64,000 nucleotides of DNA from an uncultured Gemmatimonadaceae bacterium (GTDB lineage Bacteria > Gemmatimonadota > Gemmatimonadetes > Gemmatimonadales > Gemmatimonadaceae), in the NCBI GenBank assembly GCA_963740355.1, contig CAVUDW010000003.1, forward strand, positions 1,760,001 through 1,824,000, in the 5' to 3' direction. Below are positions 8,726-17,385 of this stretch, in pieces. The translations under genes and the position numbers were made by a program. The notes beneath the pieces are model-generated. The model did not search any database, was not told the DNA's origin, and saw nothing but the letters and a program-made list of their open reading frames with translations. The stretch's first letter is position 1, and every line of letters starts with the position of its first letter.

Positions 8726-9145
8726 ATGCGTGCTGGCTACACGATGATCGAAATGACGATCGTACTGGTGATCGTGGCCGTGATGGCCGCTGCGTCAATG
8801 ACCGCGTTGGTGGGATTGCGCGATCGCCTCACCGTGCGCTTCGCCGCCATCGAAGCGGCGCGAGCCCTGGCCGATGCGCGCGGCATAGCCCTGTCAGCGG
8901 CCCGTCGCACGGCCGTCCGCATCGACGCCAGTCGCAACACATTGACGGTGCTCTCCGGCGCCGACACCATGCGCACGCTGCGCCTCGACGACTACGGTGT
9001 CCAGGTGCGCACCACCCGCGACTCGATCGCCTGGGGCCCCACCGGCATCGGCTGGGGCGCCGCCACGGCCACCATCACGCTTTCGCGCGGCAGCGCGACG
9101 ACTGCGCTCGTGGTCTCGCGACTCGGCCGCGTTCGCCGCGGCTGA
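8726..9145 (+). CDS. FimT/GspH-like (pseudo)pilin
   Basis: Class III signal MRAG|YTMIE followed by a hydrophobic helix; C-terminal VSRLGRVR. Confidence 0.85.
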   Translation: MRAGYTMIEMTIVLVIVAVMAAASMTALVGLRDRLTVRFAAIEAARALADARGIALSAARRTAVRIDASRNTLTVLSGADTMRTLRLDDYGVQVRTTRDSIAWGPTGIGWGAATATITLSRGSATTALVVSRLGRVRRG

Positions 9146-9156
9146 CGACTGCCGGC

Positions 9157-9500
9157 TTGGCGCCGTACCGGCGCGTCTTGTCCACACTCCCTCACGCGGA
9201 GCCACACTGCGCGTGGCGCCGTGCCGGCGAGTCTTGTCCACACTCCCTCACGCGGAGCCGCGGGGGACGCGGAGCCGCGGGGGAACAGCAACAGCAAGGA
9301 ACAGCATGGAACAGCACAAAGTCACCGCGACAGACTCTGAACTGCGCTCCACAAAGACCAGTTGCAGTCACAAAACGAAATTCGAAGCGGTGTACCACAC
9401 CTCGTGCCGGCACGGCACCGGTGCGGTTCCCCGCGTCTCCGCGTCCCCCGCGGCTCCGCGTGTTTAACCGTGTGGACATTTGTCGCCGGCACGGCGCCAA
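9157..9500. repeat. Non-coding inverted-repeat element (MITE/REP-like) with a duplicated left end
   Basis: 46-bp direct repeat at 9158-9203 and 9214-9259 (2 mismatches); 9214-9286 is an imperfect inverted repeat of 9426-9499. Confidence 0.8.
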
Positions 9501-9515
9501 CGCCCCAGAATTACG

Positions 9516-9555
9516 AAAAAGGCGGCCGCAGTGCTTTTGCTCCGCAGGCCGCCTT
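9516..9555 (-). terminator. Intrinsic terminator of the DEAD-box helicase gene
   Basis: AAGGCGGCC...GGCCGCCTT stem followed by a T run on the minus strand, 25 nt after the stop. Confidence 0.65.
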
Positions 9556-9580
9556 CATCGTAGCTAGATCAAGATCGCGC

Positions 9581-10867
9581 TCAGCCTGTACCGAAGTCGT
9601 AGCCCGGTACGGAGACGCGCGGAATCTGCTGGCCGATCACACGTTCGATCGTGCGCACCATCGCGATTTCGTCCGGCGCCATGAACGTCACGGCGTCGCC
9701 AGACGCAGCGGCGCGGCCCGTGCGGCCGATGCGGTGCACGTAATCTTCGGCTTGCTGCGGCACGTCGTAGTTGATCACGTGCGAGATGCCGTTGATGTCG
9801 AGACCACGCTGTGCGATGTCGGTCGCGACGAGGACGCGGATGCTGCCGTCACGGAACCCTTCGAGCGCCTTGATACGCTGCGCCTGCGTCTTGTCGGCAT
9901 GCATCGCCGTGGCGGCGATGTTGTTCTTCTCGAGGTTGCGCACGACCTTGTCGGCACCATGCTTGGTGCGCGTGAAGACCAGCACCGAATCCATCTCTGG
10001 ACGACGCAGCAGGTGCACCAGCAGGTCCACCTTCTTCTCCGCAGGCACCGGGTACACCGCGTGCGCGACCGTGACTGCGGCACTCGAGCGACGGCCAACC
10101 TGCACCACGATCGGGCGACGCAAGTACTTGCGCGCCAGCGCCTCGACTTCAGGCGGCATCGTGGCACTGAACAACAACGTCTGGCGGTACTTCGGGATCT
10201 GCTCGACCACGCGATTGATCTGCGGCGCGAAACCCATGTCCAGCATGCGATCCGCTTCGTCGAGCACCAGGACTTCGAGATCATCCGGTACCATGTTCTG
10301 CTTCTCGAGATGATCGAGCAGGCGGCCCGGCGTGGCGACCACGATGTCGACGCCGCGACGCAGCGCTGTTTCCTGCGGCTCGTACGGCACACCGCCGAAG
10401 ATCGGGGCCACTTCGATCCCCGTGCCGCGCGCATACTTGCGCACACTTTCCTCGACCTGCAGCGCCAGTTCACGCGTCGGCGTGAGGACCAGGGCGCGGG
10501 TGCGCTTCGGTCCGTCGAGCAACCGGCTGATCAACGGCAGCGTGAACGCGGCCGTCTTGCCCGTGCCCGTCTGTGCGAGGCCGATGATGTCGGAACCACG
10601 GAGCGCCAGCGGGATCGCCTCGCGCTGGATCGGCGTCGGATACTCGTAGCCCGCGGCAATCACTGACGCCAGCAGGCGGGGATCGAGATTCAGCTGTGCG
10701 AACGTGACGCGCGCTTCGTCGGCGGCGATCTGTGCGGCGATCGATTCGGGCGTCGCTTCAACTGCTTCAGGCGCGGTGTTGTGTTCCGCTTCGCTGACCG
10801 TCGTCGGTCCCTCGCCAGCGGGGCGAGCGCGACCGCCACTGCGCGGGCGTCGTGTACGTGAATTCAC
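9581..10867 (-). CDS. rhlE: DEAD-box RNA helicase (RhlE-like)
   Basis: Q motif PTPIQ, AQTGTGKT, PTRELA, TPGR, DEAD, SAT and HRIGRTGRA. Confidence 0.93.
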   Translation of the reverse strand: MNSRTRRPRSGGRARPAGEGPTTVSEAEHNTAPEAVEATPESIAAQIAADEARVTFAQLNLDPRLLASVIAAGYEYPTPIQREAIPLALRGSDIIGLAQTGTGKTAAFTLPLISRLLDGPKRTRALVLTPTRELALQVEESVRKYARGTGIEVAPIFGGVPYEPQETALRRGVDIVVATPGRLLDHLEKQNMVPDDLEVLVLDEADRMLDMGFAPQINRVVEQIPKYRQTLLFSATMPPEVEALARKYLRRPIVVQVGRRSSAAVTVAHAVYPVPAEKKVDLLVHLLRRPEMDSVLVFTRTKHGADKVVRNLEKNNIAATAMHADKTQAQRIKALEGFRDGSIRVLVATDIAQRGLDINGISHVINYDVPQQAEDYVHRIGRTGRAAASGDAVTFMAPDEIAMVRTIERVIGQQIPRVSVPGYDFGTG

Positions 10868-11164
10868 AAGGAGTGGTGTGTTGCTCCCAGGTCGCCTGTT
10901 CGGCTTGCGCCGACCTGTGGAACTGTCTGCAGCGGTCCCGGGGTCCGGTGCCGTCGCGGGTACCGCCCTCGGCCGAAACGGGAAGCGTCGCGGACCGTCT
11001 GGGCGACCACCACGGGTGCACGGAGTGCTCGTCGCGTGGGACGCCGGCGAAGTGACGCGTCAGAGGGACGCGCGCAGCCGGTGAACATTCCGCTCAGGCG
11101 CGAGCGGCCGTTCGAGATGGAACGTACTCAGCCCGGGAGACGACGGATACCCGAGCTCCGAAAC

Positions 11165-12106
11165 TCAGCCGGCCGACGCGCCGACCCGGTCAGCTGTATG
11201 CTCCGGGTCGCCAAGAAACGGTACCAGCAGGTCGAGCGCCCACTGCGGACGCTCCTCGGGAACGACATGGCCCGCACCATGCGCGATGTGCAGCGACGCC
11301 GAATGCAGGCAGCGCGCAAGGGTCGGCACCACCTGCTGCGGCCGCACCACCGGATCGCGATCGCCGAACATCAGCAGCACCGGCTGCGTGACCGTCGCCA
11401 GTTCGGTCGGCGTCCACGGCGTCCAGGTGAAGCTGTGCAGCAACAGCCGCATGGCGTTGAGAAACTCCGGGAACTGCGTCGGCGCCCAGTACTCGTCGAC
11501 TTCCTGTTCGTCCGAAATCCCCGCCTCGCCGCGCGAATGACGCAGCGCAAACTTCACGGCCCACCGCGGAATACGACTCGGCAGCAATGCGCCCGTCAGC
11601 GATGGCGGCAGCAGCTGCGACCAGGATGCACGGTCCACGACACCGAATCCGACCGCGCCGAACAACGCCAGGCTCGTGACGCGCTCCGGGCTGCGGAGCG
11701 CGAGGCCCATCGCAACCGCGCCACCCATCGAGTGCGCCACGATTCGCGCCGACGAGACGCCGATCGCGTCCATCGTCTCTGCCAGATGCTCCACCATCGC
11801 CGCCCGCTCGTACTTCGTGGGATCGTCGGGGCGGTCCGACAGGCCGTGCCCACGCAAGTCGATGGCGATGGCACGCCACCCCGCGGCAGCCAGGGGCCCA
11901 GCGATGTAGCGCCAGGCAAAGGCTGAGCATCCCCAGCCGTGCAGTAGCAGCACCGGCGGGGCGGACGGATCGCCCGTTTCGACGACCCGCACTCGCTCAC
12001 CGCTCGACAGCGACACCCAGGACGCACGTGCGCTGGGATCATGCGCCGGATACATCGCCTCCGCTGCGAGTGGCACGGCACGCTTCGCCGATGGCACACG
12101 CAGCAT
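11165..12106 (-). CDS. Alpha/beta fold hydrolase
   Basis: LLHGWG, DLRGHGLS, AHSMGG nucleophile elbow, GDRD and GAGH motifs. Confidence 0.9.
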   Translation of the reverse strand: MLRVPSAKRAVPLAAEAMYPAHDPSARASWVSLSSGERVRVVETGDPSAPPVLLLHGWGCSAFAWRYIAGPLAAAGWRAIAIDLRGHGLSDRPDDPTKYERAAMVEHLAETMDAIGVSSARIVAHSMGGAVAMGLALRSPERVTSLALFGAVGFGVVDRASWSQLLPPSLTGALLPSRIPRWAVKFALRHSRGEAGISDEQEVDEYWAPTQFPEFLNAMRLLLHSFTWTPWTPTELATVTQPVLLMFGDRDPVVRPQQVVPTLARCLHSASLHIAHGAGHVVPEERPQWALDLLVPFLGDPEHTADRVGASAG

Positions 12107-12121
12107 CAGGCCCTTCCCCGA

Positions 12122-13306
12122 CTAAACGAGATTCAGGTCGCGTCCGATCAGCTTGGCGATCAACGACACGCGCAGCGTCACGTCGCTCCACCGGCGCTCC
12201 CCTTCGGTCGAGGCATCCTCGAGCGGGAACCACCCGATCAGATCCGCTGCCGTCGTCGCCGGCATCGCATCACCCTTCATCGGATGCCACACGCCGTACC
12301 GATCGGCGCTCTCGACGAACCGCTCGAACATCTTGATCCACGGCTCATGGCGACGGAAGACACCGAGGCGGACCATGATCTCCAGCCAATGCAGCGCCGC
12401 CGGCACATCTGCCTCGAGCGCGTTGCGATGCGGCAGACGATCACCGAGAATCGCATTGGGCACTGGCACCAACAACCCGTCGATCTGCTGCACCGGCTCC
12501 TGACGCGGCTCCGGCTGCATCAGGTGCTTGCCCAGCAACTCCATGCCCATGTGGTACTCCGTCCGGAGTTCCGGCATGAACGCCGCCATGCGCAGGAAAC
12601 TCATCGTCGGCGGTGCCGCCTCAGGTGCCAGCACCTGCTTGTTGCCGACGCGCATCCACGGCTTGGCGGCCAACGGCGAGCGGAGATAGTCCATCACCCG
12701 TTGCGTGGCACGAATCGCCGCACCGCGCACCCGCGGGTCGCGCTCGTACCCAGCCTGCGCCAGCAACGCAGCGGCTTCGACACGAATGTTCGCGCGCAGC
12801 CGCTTGGCCAGTTCCTTGTTGCCCTGCGCCGTCTCGGCCAGCTCGTAAAGCATGGTCGGATCTTCGTCCATCGCGAGCAGACGGAAGAGGAACCGGCGCG
12901 AGACCGCCAGCGGCGGCGACTCGCGATCCCACCCGCACTCGAGCAGATGACGGAACGCTGAGAAAGTGGCCGAATGCGGCGCGGCGCCAGGCAGCGGGAA
13001 CAGACGCCCGCCCCACGTGCCATCGAGGCCCATGGTCACGGCACAGCGCAGCGCTGACGCCTGCTGCCATGCCACCGGCTGCGCGTCGTGCGCAGGCTTG
13101 AGCTTGCCTAGCTCGACGATCGCACGGTACTGCACGGCACCAGTGCCTTCACGCATCAGCCAACGCACCGGCACTCGCACAGGCGAGTCCGGCATGTCAG
13201 GAAGGACCGGCTTCGGAGGCGGTAGCGGCGGCGCGACAGGCGCTTCAACCACAGGCGTCAGCGGCGCGGCCGGGAGGCCAGTTTCGAGATCTGGGAGATC
13301 AGTCAC
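12122..13306 (-). CDS. Hypothetical protein, possibly a prenyltransferase/squalene-cyclase-like alpha/alpha toroid
   Basis: Long ORF 15 nt from the next gene; WL...VQYRA, DGTWGG and YGVW motifs resemble QW-type repeats. Confidence 0.6.
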   Translation of the reverse strand: MTDLPDLETGLPAAPLTPVVEAPVAPPLPPPKPVLPDMPDSPVRVPVRWLMREGTGAVQYRAIVELGKLKPAHDAQPVAWQQASALRCAVTMGLDGTWGGRLFPLPGAAPHSATFSAFRHLLECGWDRESPPLAVSRRFLFRLLAMDEDPTMLYELAETAQGNKELAKRLRANIRVEAAALLAQAGYERDPRVRGAAIRATQRVMDYLRSPLAAKPWMRVGNKQVLAPEAAPPTMSFLRMAAFMPELRTEYHMGMELLGKHLMQPEPRQEPVQQIDGLLVPVPNAILGDRLPHRNALEADVPAALHWLEIMVRLGVFRRHEPWIKMFERFVESADRYGVWHPMKGDAMPATTAADLIGWFPLEDASTEGERRWSDVTLRVSLIAKLIGRDLNLV

Positions 13307-13532
13307 AGGAGGGGTGCGGACGGAACACGTTGCGCCACAACAACCTCCAAGCTAGCACAGGGCGCCAATCGCGGCATGGGGGGCGACCGCTTTTTCAGCC
13401 GTTTTGTGCCCTTTCCTCCCCCAAACGGCCCCCAAATCACGGCAGACCAGATTCTTGCGCTTTTATAGCGCAGTTGGCGACGGCACGATCATGGCGTACC
13501 GTTGAACGAATGGAACCACGGTCGAAATCGTA

Positions 13533-14354
13533 GTGCGCGGAGAATTTCTCGACGTTGGCGGAGCACGACTCTACTACTACGCCGCTGGGACGCGCGGCGG
13601 TGGGGAACCGCTCGTGCTCATCCACGGCTTCCCCACCTCATCGCACCTCTGGCAGGAGCTCGTACCGCTCCTCCCAGACGGGCGACGCGTGGTCGTGCTC
13701 GACCTGCTCGGCTACGGCCGAAGTGACCCGCCTGGCGAGCTCACGCTCGACATAAAAGCGCACGCAGATCGCTTGCTCGTCCTGCTCGACCTGCTCGGCA
13801 TCAATCGCGCCTGCCTCATCGGGCACGACGTCGGCGGCGGCATCGCGCAGGCTGCTGCCGTCAAGGCGCCCCATCGCGTCTCACATCTCTGCCTGATCAG
13901 CAGCGTCGCCTTCGACGACTGGCCATCACGAGAGATGAAAATGGCGCGCGCTACACTGCCACTGACGCGCCATCTTCCTGCCACTTGGTTGCTCGGCGTC
14001 CTCAAGACGGAACTTGCGCGTGGCTACGTCGATCCCGACCTCGCCGCACGATCCGTGGAACGCTACGTGAAGAACTTCGCCACGCCGACCGGACGCGATC
14101 TGCTGGTGGCGCACCTCGAAGCACTCGAGAGCGCCGATACCGTCGAAATCGGTGCGCGACTCGGCTCCGTTCCGGCGCCAACCGCGATCATACACGGCGC
14201 CCACGATCCGTTTCTGCCGCTCGCTGCGGCGCGCCGACTCCATCAGGCGATCCGTGGATCAACCCTCGAAGTGATCGAGAACGGCCGTCACTTCCTGCCA
14301 GAGGAATCGCCCGAGCGCGTCGCCGAAATCATCGCGGCGCTGATCGAGAAATAG
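13533..14354 (+). CDS. Alpha/beta fold hydrolase (epoxide hydrolase/dehalogenase-like)
   Basis: LIHGFPTSSHLW, DLLGYGRSD, GHDVGGG and RHFLPEE motifs. Confidence 0.9.
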   Translation: MRGEFLDVGGARLYYYAAGTRGGGEPLVLIHGFPTSSHLWQELVPLLPDGRRVVVLDLLGYGRSDPPGELTLDIKAHADRLLVLLDLLGINRACLIGHDVGGGIAQAAAVKAPHRVSHLCLISSVAFDDWPSREMKMARATLPLTRHLPATWLLGVLKTELARGYVDPDLAARSVERYVKNFATPTGRDLLVAHLEALESADTVEIGARLGSVPAPTAIIHGAHDPFLPLAAARRLHQAIRGSTLEVIENGRHFLPEESPERVAEIIAALIEK

Positions 14355-14360
14355 CCTCGA

Positions 14361-15113
14361 CTACGGGGCGACGTTGACCATCACCGTGGCCGCGATCCGT
14401 CGCGTCGACGGCAACCCCGATGGCAGCGTGCCGGCGAATCCGCGGACGACCAGCGTCTGCACACCACCCGCTGGCAGCGTGACCGACGAGGTCCCGAGAA
14501 CCGTCGTGCGTTCGGCGAGAGGCGTGATCGTGACCGTGTAGGCTCCCGGCGCGACTGTCTGATTGACCTGCGACTTGTAGTCCACACCCGAGAAGGCCGG
14601 CGTCGCCGGCAGCGCGCCTGCGGTCGGTGTCAGGTACACATCCACCGCGCCAGCGTCCGGCGAGGCGTTGATGACGCGCAACCGCGCTTGCCCTGACGCT
14701 GGAGCCGTCAGGTCATCGAGATAGGCAGTGATCCCCGCCGCGGTTGCCCCCACCGTGTCGCGCGCCTGCCCGCCAGCGACGAAGGTCACCGCGGCACCGC
14801 TCTGGACCGTGATGCCCCGGATACTCGCGATCGAGCGCGGTGCATCGGCGCTCGTGCTCGGCGCCGGCTGTGTGGTCACCGTGACGGAGGTACTCGCGAC
14901 GGTGTCGTAGTCCGTTGCAGCGCCGTAGACCACGCCCGTCAACTTCAGGGAGAGTCGAGTGTTCACGCGCACATCGAGCGCGCTCGTATCCGCCACCGCG
15001 TGAACGAAGCGCACCAGGACCCTGGCCTGATTGGGAGCGGCGCTGCCATCGCCCCCGCACGCAGAAAGCAGCGCAGCCGAGACGGCAAGAAACGTGTGGC
15101 GAATCGAATACAT
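14361..15113 (-). CDS. DUF4397-like lipoprotein
   Basis: Lipobox LLSAC; two repeats VRFVHAVAD and LRVINASPDAGAVDVY. Confidence 0.85.
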   Translation of the reverse strand: MYSIRHTFLAVSAALLSACGGDGSAAPNQARVLVRFVHAVADTSALDVRVNTRLSLKLTGVVYGAATDYDTVASTSVTVTTQPAPSTSADAPRSIASIRGITVQSGAAVTFVAGGQARDTVGATAAGITAYLDDLTAPASGQARLRVINASPDAGAVDVYLTPTAGALPATPAFSGVDYKSQVNQTVAPGAYTVTITPLAERTTVLGTSSVTLPAGGVQTLVVRGFAGTLPSGLPSTRRIAATVMVNVAP

Positions 15114-15134
15114 GTTGTCAGTCAGGAAAACGGA

Positions 15135-17366
15135 TCAGGCGCGGTCTGCCTCTCGCGCGCCTTCCAGAAGGTAGGCCAGGTCTTTCGAGAGCGCACGCGC
15201 CTGCTCGGTGGCCTGCCCCACATCACGCACCGCTGGTGACTCGAGGCCGAGTGAACCGAGGCGCAGGACATCCAGGCGAAGGTTCTGCAGTGCCACCGAG
15301 GCACTCTCCAATTGCCCGCGCAGTGTGCCGCGACGCCCCTCGAGTTCGGACAGCGACTGCCGCTGGCGCAGCAACAGCGCGAGGGTCCGATCGCCATCGG
15401 ACACACCCTGTCGGCGCAGTTCGGCGATGCGTGCATCGAGCGACCCATCGCTGGCCGCACCCATGTCGCGATCCAGCTGGTGCAGTGCGGTGGCCAGTTC
15501 CGACACCCGCGTCACCAGCGCCTCGACCGTCGGGATCACATCCGGCAGAATCGACCGTTCGTCACCACCCAGTCGACCCATCTGCTGACGAATTGCGGTG
15601 CGATCATCCACCGCCAGCCGCAGTCGTTCGCCATGCACGCTCATCACGACGTCCGGCGGTGCCAGCTGCGAAACCTCTTCCTCGCGAAGGCGGAAGGCCG
15701 TGCCTGGGCTGCGCGACGCTTCGCTGTCTCGCCACGTGCCTTTCAACAGATCGCGTCGGCGAAAGCCGAGTCGAACCAGCGGGCGAGCGGCGCGCATACC
15801 GCCGATCAGCGACAGCACCGCGACCGCGCCACCAATGACCATCGGTGGAATCAAGGCCCGGACTTCAAAGGTCGAACCGATGAAGAGAGACACGGCCGAG
15901 ATACCACCTGACACCGCCGCCAACTTGATGCGACTGGCGAAGCGGCGTGCGCGACCCGCGAGGCTGTTGCTGAACAACGACGCCGGCACCGAGCCCTCCA
16001 CCCCTGCGTCACTCACAGCGCGCTTGCTGCGCACCACGTCGAGGAACGAGAGGCCCGCATCACCCAGCGGTCGCCACTTTGCGTTCAATCCCATCAGCAT
16101 GCCGAACGCCGGGAACATGACCCACGCAAAGTGCGGTGACGTCACAGCGTTGACGAAGCCAAGAAAGCCGAGCGTTCCGAAGGTGCTGAAGAATTGCCGA
16201 CGGAAGCTCACCGCTTGCAGCGCGATGCTCGGCGAGTTGGCATTCGCACCGTACACCCACGCCGGTACCGCATTCGCACCTGCCAGTGGGACCGGCGGCC
16301 GTGGCGGCACCGGGAGCGACGACCGCTGCGGCTCGTACGCGCGGGGCGGTTCGTAGGGTCGCGAATGCGGCAGCGGTGCGGGCGGCACCATCGGCGGTCG
16401 CGCCGGTGCGATGCGTGCCAGCTCGTGCGGCCCCGCATCACGCGCCAGGTCGCGAGCGCCGGACAACGACACCGCAGGCACCCCGATTGCCGGCGGGCTC
16501 ATTGGCACAGTGCCGCGCAACGCATCGCTGAATGCCTTGAGCGTTGGCCAGCGATCGACGGGCTTCTTCGACAACGCGCGCTCGATCGCAGTCACCAGCG
16601 GGCGGGGAGCCGTGGTCGCCTTGGCGGCCAGCGGCGGCAACGGTTCGCTCACCTGCTTCAGCATCAGCGCGGGCGTACTGTTGGCGCTGAATGGTGGTGC
16701 GCCGGAGAGCATCTGGTACCCGACCACCGCGAGCGAGTAGAGGTCGGATCGACCATCGACCTCCGACTCGCCCATCGCCTGCTCGGGGCTCATGTACGTC
16801 GGCGTGCCCACCGCCACACCCGTCAGCGTCAACCGACCGTCGCCTTCCGCCGCACGCGCAATCCCGAAGTCGGTCACCAGCACGCGCAGCGAATCCCGCT
16901 CGAGCAGGATGTTGTCAGGCTTGATGTCGCGATGAATGACACCGTGGGCGTGTGCATAGCCGAGTGCGTCCGAGACGTGCTCCAGAATGCGCTGCGTCTC
17001 CTGCGACGAGAGCTTGCCTTCGCGCGTCAGGCGCGTGCCCAGCGTTTCGCCTTCGATCAACGCCATCACGATCCAGACCAGCGTGTCCTTTTCCTCGACG
17101 CCGTAGATCGGGACGATGTTCGGATGCGCCAACTGCGCCGCAGTCTGCGCTTCACGCATGAAGCGCTCGCGCACGTTGGCCACGAAGGCCAGCTCCGGCG
17201 GCAGCACCTTGATCGCCACATCCCGACGGAGTCGTGTATCGCGTGCCCGGTACACGACACTCATGCCGCCGCGCCCGAGTTCACCTTCGACCGTGTACGA
17301 CGGCGCGATGGCCGCGGCGAGCCGGTCGCGCAGCGGATCGCCGCTGGTTGGCAGTGGAGCCGTCAT
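15135..17366 (-). CDS. Membrane-anchored Hanks-type Ser/Thr protein kinase
   Basis: LGRGGM, VAIK, HRDIKPDN, DFG and GTPTYMSPEQ; Pro-rich linker, TM pairs, C-terminal coiled-coil. Confidence 0.93.
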   Translation of the reverse strand: MTAPLPTSGDPLRDRLAAAIAPSYTVEGELGRGGMSVVYRARDTRLRRDVAIKVLPPELAFVANVRERFMREAQTAAQLAHPNIVPIYGVEEKDTLVWIVMALIEGETLGTRLTREGKLSSQETQRILEHVSDALGYAHAHGVIHRDIKPDNILLERDSLRVLVTDFGIARAAEGDGRLTLTGVAVGTPTYMSPEQAMGESEVDGRSDLYSLAVVGYQMLSGAPPFSANSTPALMLKQVSEPLPPLAAKATTAPRPLVTAIERALSKKPVDRWPTLKAFSDALRGTVPMSPPAIGVPAVSLSGARDLARDAGPHELARIAPARPPMVPPAPLPHSRPYEPPRAYEPQRSSLPVPPRPPVPLAGANAVPAWVYGANANSPSIALQAVSFRRQFFSTFGTLGFLGFVNAVTSPHFAWVMFPAFGMLMGLNAKWRPLGDAGLSFLDVVRSKRAVSDAGVEGSVPASLFSNSLAGRARRFASRIKLAAVSGGISAVSLFIGSTFEVRALIPPMVIGGAVAVLSLIGGMRAARPLVRLGFRRRDLLKGTWRDSEASRSPGTAFRLREEEVSQLAPPDVVMSVHGERLRLAVDDRTAIRQQMGRLGGDERSILPDVIPTVEALVTRVSELATALHQLDRDMGAASDGSLDARIAELRRQGVSDGDRTLALLLRQRQSLSELEGRRGTLRGQLESASVALQNLRLDVLRLGSLGLESPAVRDVGQATEQARALSKDLAYLLEGAREADRA

Positions 17367-17385
17367 GGGGCGCCCCGCCCCGCGC

